Shown here in pieces: positions 48,564-57,784 of a stretch of DNA of 64,000 nucleotides (positions are counted from its first letter, which is position 1; each line of letters begins with the position of its first letter). Below the pieces are notes generated by a model. The model saw only the letters and a program-made list of their open reading frames with translations. It did not search any database and was not told the origin of the DNA. Position numbers and translations under genes: made by a program. The stretch comes from Parvicellaceae bacterium (GTDB lineage: Bacteria > Bacteroidota > Bacteroidia > Flavobacteriales_D > Parvicellaceae), in assembly GCA_965267315.1 (NCBI GenBank), contig OZ253949.1:806781-870780 (forward strand), in the 5' to 3' direction.

Positions 48564-49073
48564 TTAGCGTTTGAACACGCTCATAAAAGTTCCAAAGAAC
48601 CAGTGTTCGTCGGCTTTCATCATAAATTCCAGCGATTTATCCGCCTTATTGGAAAATTTATCCAGACGATCCATCATTAGTTCGAATTCCTTTACGTCAA
48701 TGTCATTTTTATCCCCATCCACATTCTTTACTTCCCCGAGAAGCTTTAAAACTGGTTCCAACTCCCTTTTTCTTCTTTGCAGCATTACCTGCTTGGCCAC
48801 CTCCCAAATGTCCTTTTCCGCCCGGAAAAACTCTTTGCGCTCTCCCTGTTTGTGTTCCTTGTAAACCACTCCCCAGTCAATTAAGGCACGAACATTCATG
48901 TTTGCATTACCTCGTGATATGTTGAGTTTATCCATAATATCTTCGGCAGATAACGGTTCCGGTGAAATCAAAAGAAGCGCTTGCACCTGAGCCATAGTGC
49001 GATTAATTCCCCACTGCTGACCCAGAGTTCCCCATGCCTGGATAAATTTTTCTTGTGCTTCTTTGATTTCCAC
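48564..49073 (-). CDS. GbsR/MarR-type winged-helix transcriptional regulator
   Basis: wHTH (LSAEDIMDKLNISRGNANMNVRALIDWGVV) with a C-terminal helical dimerisation region. First gene of the operon. Confidence 0.6.
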   Translation of the reverse strand: MEIKEAQEKFIQAWGTLGQQWGINRTMAQVQALLLISPEPLSAEDIMDKLNISRGNANMNVRALIDWGVVYKEHKQGERKEFFRAEKDIWEVAKQVMLQRRKRELEPVLKLLGEVKNVDGDKNDIDVKEFELMMDRLDKFSNKADKSLEFMMKADEHWFFGTFMSVFKR

Positions 49074-49328
49074 ACAGCAATACTACAACAAAAAACAATA
49101 CTTTCAAAAAGTTTTGAAACTTTATTCGTTTTGAGCTCCTTTGAGAGGAATCTTGCGATGGAATCAAGACCAGACAGAGCAGTTCTTTGAGCTACAAAAG
49201 ACCTGGTGATTTATCACGTCTTTTAGTTTGGCCTCATTCGTCGAAAATCATGTTAATTAACAGTACACCATCAATAATTGCTCAACCTGTTATGCCTCTC
49301 TCTGTCAGCAATTAGTAGCTTTGCCATA

Positions 49329-51461
49329 GTGAGTAAGAAAAAATCGCGTAGCGTAATCAAGAAGGTGCTGAAAGAAGGTGTGTTTACGTTCTTTCAAGGC
49401 GCGCCCAACAAAGCATTCAATTACAAACAAATTGCGTCGTCTCTCGATGTTAAAGATCAAAGTACCCGCAAGTTGATTGTTGAAATTCTTCATGAATTAC
49501 ATAATGAAGAGCTAATCAAGGAAACCGATCGGGGAAAATACAAGTTCAACCGTTCCGTAAATTATTTCATCGGCAAGCTGGATGCTACTCAACGCGGAGA
49601 TGCTTATTTCCTTTGCGAAGAGTTGGATGATGACATTCTTATACGTGAAAGGGATCTTCACGGAGCTTTTGACGGCGATACTGTAAAGGTTCAGTTAAAG
49701 CCTCAAAGAGGCAGATCGTCAAAGGTTCTGGGCGAGGTTGTTGAGATTATTAAGCGAGGACAATCCGAATATGCCGGTACTATTCAAAAAGGCCAGAAGT
49801 ACGCCTTCTTTGTGCCTGACAACCAAAAAATTCCGGTCGACTTTTACATCGAGTTGAACAAACTAAAGGGAGCCCGACAAGGAGATAAGGTGCTTGCCAG
49901 AATGCTCGATTGGCCGAAAGGCAAAAAGAATCCACTGGGCGAGGTAACCGTGGTACTTGGCCGACCAGGTGAAAACAACGCGGAAATACATGCAATTCTT
50001 GCAGAATTCAATCTTCCGTATGAATTTCCTCCCCACGTGGAAAAAGCAGCGGAAAAAATTCCTTCATCGTTTGACAAACAAGAAATTTCCAAACGAAAAG
50101 ACTTCAGAGACATCCTGACTTTTACAATAGACCCCGATGATGCCAAGGATTTTGACGATGCTTTATCAATCAGGCAACTAGGTGAAGACCTGTGGGAGGT
50201 CGGCGTGCATATTGCCGATGTTTCTCACTATGTAACTCCAGATTCCGTTTTAGACCAGGAAGCTTATAAACGCGGCAACTCCGTTTATCTGGTAGATCGG
50301 GTAGTTCCTATGCTTCCTGAGGTACTTTCTAATGGGCTCTGTTCTTTAAGGCCGAAAGAGGAAAAATATACTTTCTCTGCTGTTTTCCAGCTAGATGACA
50401 AGGCGAACATTAAAAAAGAGTGGTTTGGTAAAACCGTAATTTATTCGGATCGGCGGTTTACTTATGACGAGGCTCAGGAGCGAATTGAAACTGGAAAAGG
50501 TGATTTGGCTGATGAAATCAGGCTTTTAAATCGTCTGGCCCATCAATTGAGAAAGAAAAGAATTAAGTCGGGAGCACTTGAAATAGAAAGTGAGGAAACC
50601 AAATTTCGGCTTAATGAGAATGGAGATCCTGTGGAAGTTTTTCAAAAGATCAGCAAGGATGCCAATAAGCTGATTGAAGAATTCATGCTTCTGGCTAACA
50701 AGAAAGTGGCTGCCTTCATCGGAAAGCCGGAAAAACATAAGAAAATTGTTCCTTTTGTTTATCGAATTCACGACAAACCTAGTGAAGACCGGCTCGAAGA
50801 CCTTAAGGTCTATATAGATCGCTTTGGCTACCGCCTGGAACTTGAAAAAGGAAAGCCGGTTTCTCACGCCATTAACAAACTACTGCATCAGGCAAAAAAA
50901 AACGGGGACCATTCATTCATCAGCCCAATGGCCATAAAGTCTATGGCAAAAGCAATTTATAGCACCGAAAATATTGGACATTACGGACTTGCATTTAATT
51001 ATTATACCCATTTTACTTCCCCTATCCGCCGATATGCCGACTTGTTGGTGCATCGATTGCTTTACGATAAGCTGCATCAGTTGCCTGCCGCAAATGAGAA
51101 CATTCTTACAGGGCAATGCAAGCATATTTCCGGAACTGAAAAACAGGCAGTTGATGCGGAGCGTTCGTCCATTAAGTTTATGCAGGTAAAATATATGCTG
51201 GATAAAGTTGGTGATGTCCTTTCCGGGCGAATAAGTGGTGTAACGGAGTGGGGGTTCTTTGTTGAGCTTCACGACAGCAAGTGCGAAGGGCTGGTTCACA
51301 TTCGCTCCCTTAAGAATGATCATTATGTTTACGACCACGAGACCCTTCAAATTATAGGCAAGCGCCATAAGGAAAGCTTTGGCCTTGGCGACGATGTTAT
51401 GGTAGAAGTTAAAAATGCAGACTTGTTTAAGAAACAACTGGATTTTGAGTTGGTCGAATGA
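49329..51461 (+). CDS. rnr: Ribonuclease R (RNB-family 3'-5' exoribonuclease with C-terminal S1 domain)
   Basis: RNB catalytic motifs (DPDDAKDFDDALS; four Asp) and S1 domain (GRISGVTEWGFFVEL). I chose the GTG at 49329 (MSKKKSRS...), typical of RNase R N-termini, over the track's TTG start at 49278. Confidence 0.85.
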   Translation: MSKKKSRSVIKKVLKEGVFTFFQGAPNKAFNYKQIASSLDVKDQSTRKLIVEILHELHNEELIKETDRGKYKFNRSVNYFIGKLDATQRGDAYFLCEELDDDILIRERDLHGAFDGDTVKVQLKPQRGRSSKVLGEVVEIIKRGQSEYAGTIQKGQKYAFFVPDNQKIPVDFYIELNKLKGARQGDKVLARMLDWPKGKKNPLGEVTVVLGRPGENNAEIHAILAEFNLPYEFPPHVEKAAEKIPSSFDKQEISKRKDFRDILTFTIDPDDAKDFDDALSIRQLGEDLWEVGVHIADVSHYVTPDSVLDQEAYKRGNSVYLVDRVVPMLPEVLSNGLCSLRPKEEKYTFSAVFQLDDKANIKKEWFGKTVIYSDRRFTYDEAQERIETGKGDLADEIRLLNRLAHQLRKKRIKSGALEIESEETKFRLNENGDPVEVFQKISKDANKLIEEFMLLANKKVAAFIGKPEKHKKIVPFVYRIHDKPSEDRLEDLKVYIDRFGYRLELEKGKPVSHAINKLLHQAKKNGDHSFISPMAIKSMAKAIYSTENIGHYGLAFNYYTHFTSPIRRYADLLVHRLLYDKLHQLPAANENILTGQCKHISGTEKQAVDAERSSIKFMQVKYMLDKVGDVLSGRISGVTEWGFFVELHDSKCEGLVHIRSLKNDHYVYDHETLQIIGKRHKESFGLGDDVMVEVKNADLFKKQLDFELVE

Positions 51462-51615
51462 GTAGTTCTCCCGACCCTGAACAGTATCCGTTCCCTTTCG
51501 GCAAAATATAAGTGCTTGCGTATAGGTTAGCATGGTTTTCCCCCAACTTCTGTGAATGCTTTCAGGCTGTTTCTGCACATCGTGTAAATAAATTTCGTTT
51601 TTTCGACATATCCTG

Positions 51616-52563
51616 ATGAGCGCGAACAAGTTGAGTATTGTTGTCTCTATGTACAATGAGGCGGAGGGAATTGCAGAATTCTGGGCTACTCTGCGCCCTG
51701 TACTCTCCTCTCTTCCATTTAACGAGGTGGAAGTGCTATGGATAAATGATGGCAGTCAAGACGGTACGCAAGAGGAGGTAGACACATTGATAAATGCTGA
51801 CAATTCTCCTCACGTGCACCATGTAGCTGTGGAATTTTCCAGAAACTTCGGTCATGAAGCCGCTATGATTGCAGGGTTAGACATTTCTACGGGAGCTGCT
51901 CTAATATGTCTGGATGCCGATTTACAGCACCCTCCGAAAGAAATTATCCGAATGTGTGAACAGTACTCCAATGGCGTTGATATTGTTCTAATGGCCAGAA
52001 AAACAAGAGAAGACAATTCGCGATTCAAGCGATTTCTATCATCAGTTTTTTATTCCTTTATGAATCGCCTATCTGACATAGATTTCGAGAAAAACTCTTC
52101 CGACTTTTTTCTGATCTCTAAACCTGTTATTAATGTACTCCGCGACAATTTCCGGGAGCGAAACCGCTTTATGAGGGGTTATATCCAGGCGGTTGGATTT
52201 ACAAAGTCTACCCTGGACTATGACGCCCCTTCAAGACAATCCGGCGCAAGTAATTATTCGTTTGTAAAGCTATTGAAACTGAGTTTTAATGCTGTTTTCG
52301 CGTTCTCGAATAAGCCTCTTCAGATATCCGTTACAATCTCCGCTATTTTCATTGTGTTCACCCTTACTTTAGGCATATATAGTTTGTGTGTTTACTTTTT
52401 TGGCAATACTCCTCCTTCCGGATATACCACCCTAATCATATTTCAGTCTGTATGCTTTTCTATTCTCTTCTTCCTGATCATGATCCTGTCTATCTACTTC
52501 GGCAAAAGCCTCGACGAAACACGGCAACGACCCATTTACATTGTTAAAAACCTCAAGAAATGA
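51616..52563 (+). CDS. GT2 polyprenyl-phosphate glycosyltransferase (DPM1/GtrB/ArnC-like) with C-terminal TM helices
   Basis: LSIVVSMYNE...NDGSQDGT...DADLQHPP (DXD region). Two C-terminal TM helices typical of GtrB/ArnC. Confidence 0.8.
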   Translation: MSANKLSIVVSMYNEAEGIAEFWATLRPVLSSLPFNEVEVLWINDGSQDGTQEEVDTLINADNSPHVHHVAVEFSRNFGHEAAMIAGLDISTGAALICLDADLQHPPKEIIRMCEQYSNGVDIVLMARKTREDNSRFKRFLSSVFYSFMNRLSDIDFEKNSSDFFLISKPVINVLRDNFRERNRFMRGYIQAVGFTKSTLDYDAPSRQSGASNYSFVKLLKLSFNAVFAFSNKPLQISVTISAIFIVFTLTLGIYSLCVYFFGNTPPSGYTTLIIFQSVCFSILFFLIMILSIYFGKSLDETRQRPIYIVKNLKK

Positions 52564-53999
52564 GGTCTGCCATATTGCATTTCAAAAAAACAACGGTTAA
52601 ATCCAGACCTTTTAGAAATGTATACATGGGCTTACTGGTAGGCGTTAACGTAACCCTTTATCTATGCAGTGCACATATCGATTACCCGGACATCCAGAAA
52701 AGGGAAGACGCTTCGGGATTTGCTCACGATAAAGCACAACATTTTGTGTATTTCTACTACTACCTGAACCATTTCCCACTCACCACAGAGAACACCAATT
52801 TGGAATATTCCAAAGAGGCGGCTAATCAACAAATTACTGATCATGGAGATGAGCTTCTCATGGAATATGAACACTGGTCGCGATTAGGAGAAAACGCTCG
52901 TATATGGGCATACCTGCCAGATGCCTATTTACGTGGAAGCCCCGAGCATCCACGCATAACTTTATTTAATTCATTGTTTTACACCATTTCTCTTATCTGC
53001 GTTTTTCTTGGTTTTCGTAGAGCAAACCTGCCCTTTCTTGGTTTTGTGCTTTCCCTGATCATGTTGCTTACCCCCTTTTTCATGTTTGAAGTGTATACCA
53101 ATCAAAATATTTTTGCTTTGCTTCCATGCCTGTTTTTAATGACCCTGGGGGTTCATTTAAAACTCTTGTTGACCAGAAACGTTTCCTTAGCCAAATACTT
53201 CATCAGTGCACTTGTTTTCGGCTCGTTAATCGGTGTTTTAACACAAATGCGAGGGGAGGTTAAGATTGTGTTGGTAACCGCAATTCTATTGTTTTTGGTT
53301 TCGAAAGTGAAAGTTTGGCAAAGGCTGGCGCTGTGTTTTGTGATTACACTTGCCTACTGGGGTTCGAACAAGGCTGTATTTAATTATTTCGAGTCAGAGT
53401 TTCAAGAAACCCTTCAGCTGGTTGAGGCTGCTGGTGGACATCCTTATTATGGCAAACGAATTGAAGGTCACAGGCTTTGGCATCCTATTTTCTGTGGTCT
53501 TGGAGATTTTGGTTCTGACAAAGGCTATACATGGCGTGATTACAACGCCTATAATTACGCCGCGCCCATTTTGAAGGATAAATATGGTATTGATATTACC
53601 GACAAATTCCATGACAGTGCAGGCAAATATTACATTCGATACGATGAGATAGACGAGTATGAACAGATCGTAAAAGACAAAGTTTTGTCAGACATAAAAT
53701 CCGACCCTTTGTGGTACGCTTCCATTCTGGTTAAGCGCCTGGGAGCCATCCTTTCCACCACACTTCCTTTTCCGTATGCCGGCTGGTTGATTTTCCCAGT
53801 TATGTATGTTCTTTTCCGTCGAAAAAACTGGTTATTACTAAAGGTGCTGTTGATTAGCCTGCCCTTAAGTGCTACCTCCCTGTTGATTCACTCAGGGAAA
53901 AATGCTACTTACAATGGCATGTACTCCATTCTCACAGTAGCCATAGGTGTGTATTTGTTGGTTGAGTGCTGGGCTGAAAGAAAACGGGCAGTTAAATGA
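52560..53999 (+). CDS. Polytopic membrane protein, putative GT-C-type transferase partner of the upstream GT2 (GtrC-like role)
   Basis: ATGA overlap with the GT2 gene. About 10 TM helices. Large loops with conserved acidic/aromatic residues. No named family. Confidence 0.5.
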   Translation: MRSAILHFKKTTVKSRPFRNVYMGLLVGVNVTLYLCSAHIDYPDIQKREDASGFAHDKAQHFVYFYYYLNHFPLTTENTNLEYSKEAANQQITDHGDELLMEYEHWSRLGENARIWAYLPDAYLRGSPEHPRITLFNSLFYTISLICVFLGFRRANLPFLGFVLSLIMLLTPFFMFEVYTNQNIFALLPCLFLMTLGVHLKLLLTRNVSLAKYFISALVFGSLIGVLTQMRGEVKIVLVTAILLFLVSKVKVWQRLALCFVITLAYWGSNKAVFNYFESEFQETLQLVEAAGGHPYYGKRIEGHRLWHPIFCGLGDFGSDKGYTWRDYNAYNYAAPILKDKYGIDITDKFHDSAGKYYIRYDEIDEYEQIVKDKVLSDIKSDPLWYASILVKRLGAILSTTLPFPYAGWLIFPVMYVLFRRKNWLLLKVLLISLPLSATSLLIHSGKNATYNGMYSILTVAIGVYLLVECWAERKRAVK

Positions 54000-54022
54000 C
54001 CTGCCGGGTTGGTTGATTGACC

Positions 54023-54775
54023 TTAAATTAAGTTAATCCGGTTCACCAACTCTTCCTTATAAGAACCGCCAATAGGAATAATCTTTTTATCGTTCTCCAG
54101 GATAATGTTTGGTTGCTCAATTGAGGCAATTTTGTCTAAACGAACAATAAATGACCGATGCACTCTCAAAAACTGCTGATCAGGCAGTTTTCGCTCAATA
54201 TCTTTCATTGTAGAATGAATCGTGAATCGAGCGCTTTGCGTATTAATTACCACATAGTCCTTTAGCGCCTCAACGAAATAGATGTCTTGTGTGTTAAGCT
54301 TCACCAGTCGTGAATTAGACTTGACAAAAATGAAATCTTTTGAGTCTTTATTCTCGACAATGCTATACAGCATATCCCGCTCCTTCAGCACTTCCATTTC
54401 CTTTCCGTGCTTGTACAAAGCCATTTCTATAGACGTATGTAGGTCTATTTCCTTAAACGGCTTAATGATGTAAGCATAAGGCTCTGTAATTTTTGCTTTT
54501 TCCAGAGTGTTCTCATCTGCATAGGCCGTCAGGAAGATAATCGGAACATTCAGCGTTTTCTTAATCTCGGCAGAAGCTTCAATCCCGTTCATATCTCCTT
54601 TTAGCATAATGTCCATTAAAATTACACTTGGTTTTAATTCCAGCGCTAATTCAACTGCTTTTTCACCAGAGGGTGCGGAGCCAACCACCTCATAACCCAG
54701 TTTTTTCAAACTATGCTGAATGTCTTTTGAAACGATGGACTCGTCTTCGATAACCAATACCGTAACTTTAGGCAT
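54023..54775 (-). CDS. LytTR-family response regulator (REC + LytTR DNA-binding)
   Basis: REC: VLVIEDE...D54 context ILMDIMLKGDMNG...K. LytTR: RFTIHSTMKDIERKLPDQQFLRVHRSFIV. Confidence 0.85.
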   Translation of the reverse strand: MPKVTVLVIEDESIVSKDIQHSLKKLGYEVVGSAPSGEKAVELALELKPSVILMDIMLKGDMNGIEASAEIKKTLNVPIIFLTAYADENTLEKAKITEPYAYIIKPFKEIDLHTSIEMALYKHGKEMEVLKERDMLYSIVENKDSKDFIFVKSNSRLVKLNTQDIYFVEALKDYVVINTQSARFTIHSTMKDIERKLPDQQFLRVHRSFIVRLDKIASIEQPNIILENDKKIIPIGGSYKEELVNRINLI

Positions 54776-54787
54776 TAAGGAAGTAAA

Positions 54788-57784
54788 TTAGGATTGTCTA
54801 GCAAAAGTAATTAAATATTTGGTTCCCTTTTGGGTGTCTACGTTTATTGTTCCCTCCAATTGCTCTATGAGCGTGTAAACCAGTTGTAGACCAAGAGAAT
54901 CTGAATTATCGACATCAAAATTTATAGGCATTCCTATTCCGTCGTCGGTGACTGAAATTTCTACTTTCTTTTTGTTTGCGCGGAGGGTAATCTTAACCAC
55001 TCCTTCTTGTCTGCCAATAAATGCGTATTTCAAGGCATTAGAGATCAACTCGTTTAAAATGAGCCCACAAGGTATTGCCTGATCCAGAGATACTTCAACA
55101 GGATCGAGTTCTGTAACAAGCTGGATATTCTTTCCAAAGGCATAGGTCTGAATCAGATTGCGAGAAAGGTTGTCTATATATTCCGAAAACTTAATCGAAG
55201 AAAAGTTGGTGTTTTGATAGAGGCTCTCGTGAATAAAAGACATTGATTTAATCCGGTTCTGACTTTCGCGCAGAATATTCAGTGTGTTATTGTCTTTTAC
55301 ATACGATGACTGAAGATTAAGAATACTCGAAATCACCTGAAGGTTGTTTTTCACTCGGTGATGTACTTCCTTGAGAAGCACCTCTTTCTCTGAAAGAGAC
55401 TCCTTGAGCTGGCGTTCTGACAACTTCTTATCGGTAATTTCATGCGCCAGACAGGATACTTCTGTTATTTCACCGTCCACAATAATTGGACTCAAGAATG
55501 TTTCAATCCAAATGGTATCCCCGTTCTTATCGACCATTGGCCCCTCAAATTCCTGCGGTTTTCCAGCAAGAGCGTCCTGATAAAAGCCAACGGCATGATC
55601 ATGGTATTTTGGCTTAACATGAGCTTTCAGGTATTCAATAAAGTTTACTCCCAACATTATGTTCGCGTTAAACTTACCTCTGGCCGTTTGTAATAATCGA
55701 CTATTGAAAGAAGTAAGGCGATAATCACGATCAATGGTGTAGATCATCATATTGGCCGAACTCTCAAAAATACTTTCAAGCTTGGTTGTCTGCATTTTCA
55801 ATTCGCGTTCCGCCTCCTTAAGTTGGGTAATATCTCTGGATACACCCATGGAACCTATTTCATTACCATTCTTATCTTTCAGAATAGACGCAGATAAATA
55901 AGAAACGAACACATCGCCATTTGCAGCAACATTTTCTACCTCTCCAGAAAATTCCCCTGTTTCCTCCAGTGATTTAACCACTCGCTGGTAATACTCTTCT
56001 GAACTATAAAGCATTGCCCCATCCGCACCGATCAAATCCGACTCTTTATAGCCGAATGTGCGCACAACAGATGGTGAAACCTGGGTGATTTTTCCTGTAG
56101 TATCACTTGCCATAATCATATCAAGCGATGAGTCAATAATACTATTGGTTAATTCTTGTGCCTTTGCCAGTTCTTCCTGAGCAGTTATTCTTTTTCGAAT
56201 CTCTTCCTCTAACTCTTTGTTTGCCTCCTCGGCCAACTCTGCTCTTAATTTTTGTTTTTCGGAGTTCTTTCTTTCGGTCAGATCGGCCATATAACCTTCT
56301 AGAGCAACGATCTCTCCTTGCTTGTTTCTAACAACTTCTCCTTGTTCCCAAACCCACCTTACCGAGCCATCCTTGGCAATGATCTTATACTCATACGAGT
56401 ATGTGCCAGAATCGGCAATCTCTTTTAGAATTTCTTTGGTTGAATATTTTCTGAATTCCGGATGAATCAGGCTGTTGTATGAAACTTTTTTGTTTTCAAT
56501 CAACTCTTCTTTGGTATATCCTGTCAAACTTTCGCAACCACTACTAACCACCTCCATTGTCCAGTGTTCATCCGTTCTGCATCGATAGGCCATTCCCGGT
56601 AAGTGGTTGAATAAGGTAGACAGTGTTCGTTCGCGCTCCTCCAGTTGCTGTTGAGCCTGAACCATTTCTGTTACATCCTTGGCAATTCCAAAGTTTCCTA
56701 CATGTTTTCCTTTTTCATTTAATTCGGGAAATACGTCTTCCTGAACATAAATGTATTCCTTTGAGCCTTTAGGCCTTAGCCTGTAGGTTTGGCTTATGGG
56801 TTTTTTGTCCTTACTAAGTATTTTTGAGGATTCTATTATTTGCTGTAGATCATCAGGGTGAAAAAGTTCGGTTCCCCGGTTTTCATCGAGCAGCATTTTA
56901 AATTCATCAACCGTATATCCGTATACTTTCTCGAGCTGAGGAGAAATATATCTGAATGCCTTCTTTCCGTCTTCGGCTATTTGGATGTCGTAAATGATAT
57001 AATTGATGGAATTAAGAACCTTTTTGAGTCGTTCATTTACTTCCCGCAATTCCTCCTGAGCCCTGTTATACTCGGTTATATCACGTATGATTACAAGGGC
57101 CTCTTTATTATTTAGTGGTATCAGTCTGGCCTCATAACCAACCTGTCTGTCCCGCACTTTTAAATTGTAATAAAACAGTTGGCCTTTACCTGAATCCAGC
57201 CCTCTTTCAAGATTTGCCAAAATTCGTATCTCTACTTTTTTTGGTAGGTTCTGATCTGCTAAATGCTTTCCAACTATTCTTAAATCTGCAGGTTGGAGCA
57301 TATTTTGCCCGGAAGTGTAAAAATCACGGTAATAGCCATCACGATCCAAAACAAAGAACATATCAGGCATGGTCCGTAAAACCTTTTCAAGCCTATCGTT
57401 ACTGGCTCGTATTTCTTTTTCCCGCTCTACAATTTCGGTAACGTCTTCTGCCCGAACCAACCCGTAGTACTCACCTTCATGATGAAACAACGACAAATTA
57501 ATTTTGCACTTTATATGCTGTTTCGTCTGTAAGTGCTGAATATCAAATGTGTAAGTCCATTTTTTATGCTCATAAATTTGATCCTTAATCGTTTGATACA
57601 TAGGATCTGGCAACGAGGCGATTCCAATGTTCCACCATTCTTTTCCGATTATTTCGTCTGTTGAATCGAACCCAAACAAGTCGAGAGCAGTGTTGTTACA
57701 AGCAATAATGGACCCTCCCTCCAGCTTTATGATAAAAGCTGCGTCATAGTTATCATTAAAGAAGAGTTGAAAATGGTCTAACAT
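54788..57784 (-). CDS. Cytoplasmic multi-PAS sensor histidine kinase (HisKA_2 + HATPase_c)
   Basis: About six PAS/PAC modules. H-box HHRVKNNLQVISSILNLQ (HisKA_2 type). GHKL ATPase with N and G boxes (LNELISNALKYAF...DDGIGMP...GLQLV). No TM. Confidence 0.85.
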   Translation of the reverse strand: MLDHFQLFFNDNYDAAFIIKLEGGSIIACNNTALDLFGFDSTDEIIGKEWWNIGIASLPDPMYQTIKDQIYEHKKWTYTFDIQHLQTKQHIKCKINLSLFHHEGEYYGLVRAEDVTEIVEREKEIRASNDRLEKVLRTMPDMFFVLDRDGYYRDFYTSGQNMLQPADLRIVGKHLADQNLPKKVEIRILANLERGLDSGKGQLFYYNLKVRDRQVGYEARLIPLNNKEALVIIRDITEYNRAQEELREVNERLKKVLNSINYIIYDIQIAEDGKKAFRYISPQLEKVYGYTVDEFKMLLDENRGTELFHPDDLQQIIESSKILSKDKKPISQTYRLRPKGSKEYIYVQEDVFPELNEKGKHVGNFGIAKDVTEMVQAQQQLEERERTLSTLFNHLPGMAYRCRTDEHWTMEVVSSGCESLTGYTKEELIENKKVSYNSLIHPEFRKYSTKEILKEIADSGTYSYEYKIIAKDGSVRWVWEQGEVVRNKQGEIVALEGYMADLTERKNSEKQKLRAELAEEANKELEEEIRKRITAQEELAKAQELTNSIIDSSLDMIMASDTTGKITQVSPSVVRTFGYKESDLIGADGAMLYSSEEYYQRVVKSLEETGEFSGEVENVAANGDVFVSYLSASILKDKNGNEIGSMGVSRDITQLKEAERELKMQTTKLESIFESSANMMIYTIDRDYRLTSFNSRLLQTARGKFNANIMLGVNFIEYLKAHVKPKYHDHAVGFYQDALAGKPQEFEGPMVDKNGDTIWIETFLSPIIVDGEITEVSCLAHEITDKKLSERQLKESLSEKEVLLKEVHHRVKNNLQVISSILNLQSSYVKDNNTLNILRESQNRIKSMSFIHESLYQNTNFSSIKFSEYIDNLSRNLIQTYAFGKNIQLVTELDPVEVSLDQAIPCGLILNELISNALKYAFIGRQEGVVKITLRANKKKVEISVTDDGIGMPINFDVDNSDSLGLQLVYTLIEQLEGTINVDTQKGTKYLITFARQS

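Noticed and set aside
50913-51656. 247-aa minus-strand ORF
   Set aside because: It is antisense within RNase R (RNB and S1 motifs are on the plus strand). The long antisense frame arises by chance in an AT-rich gene.
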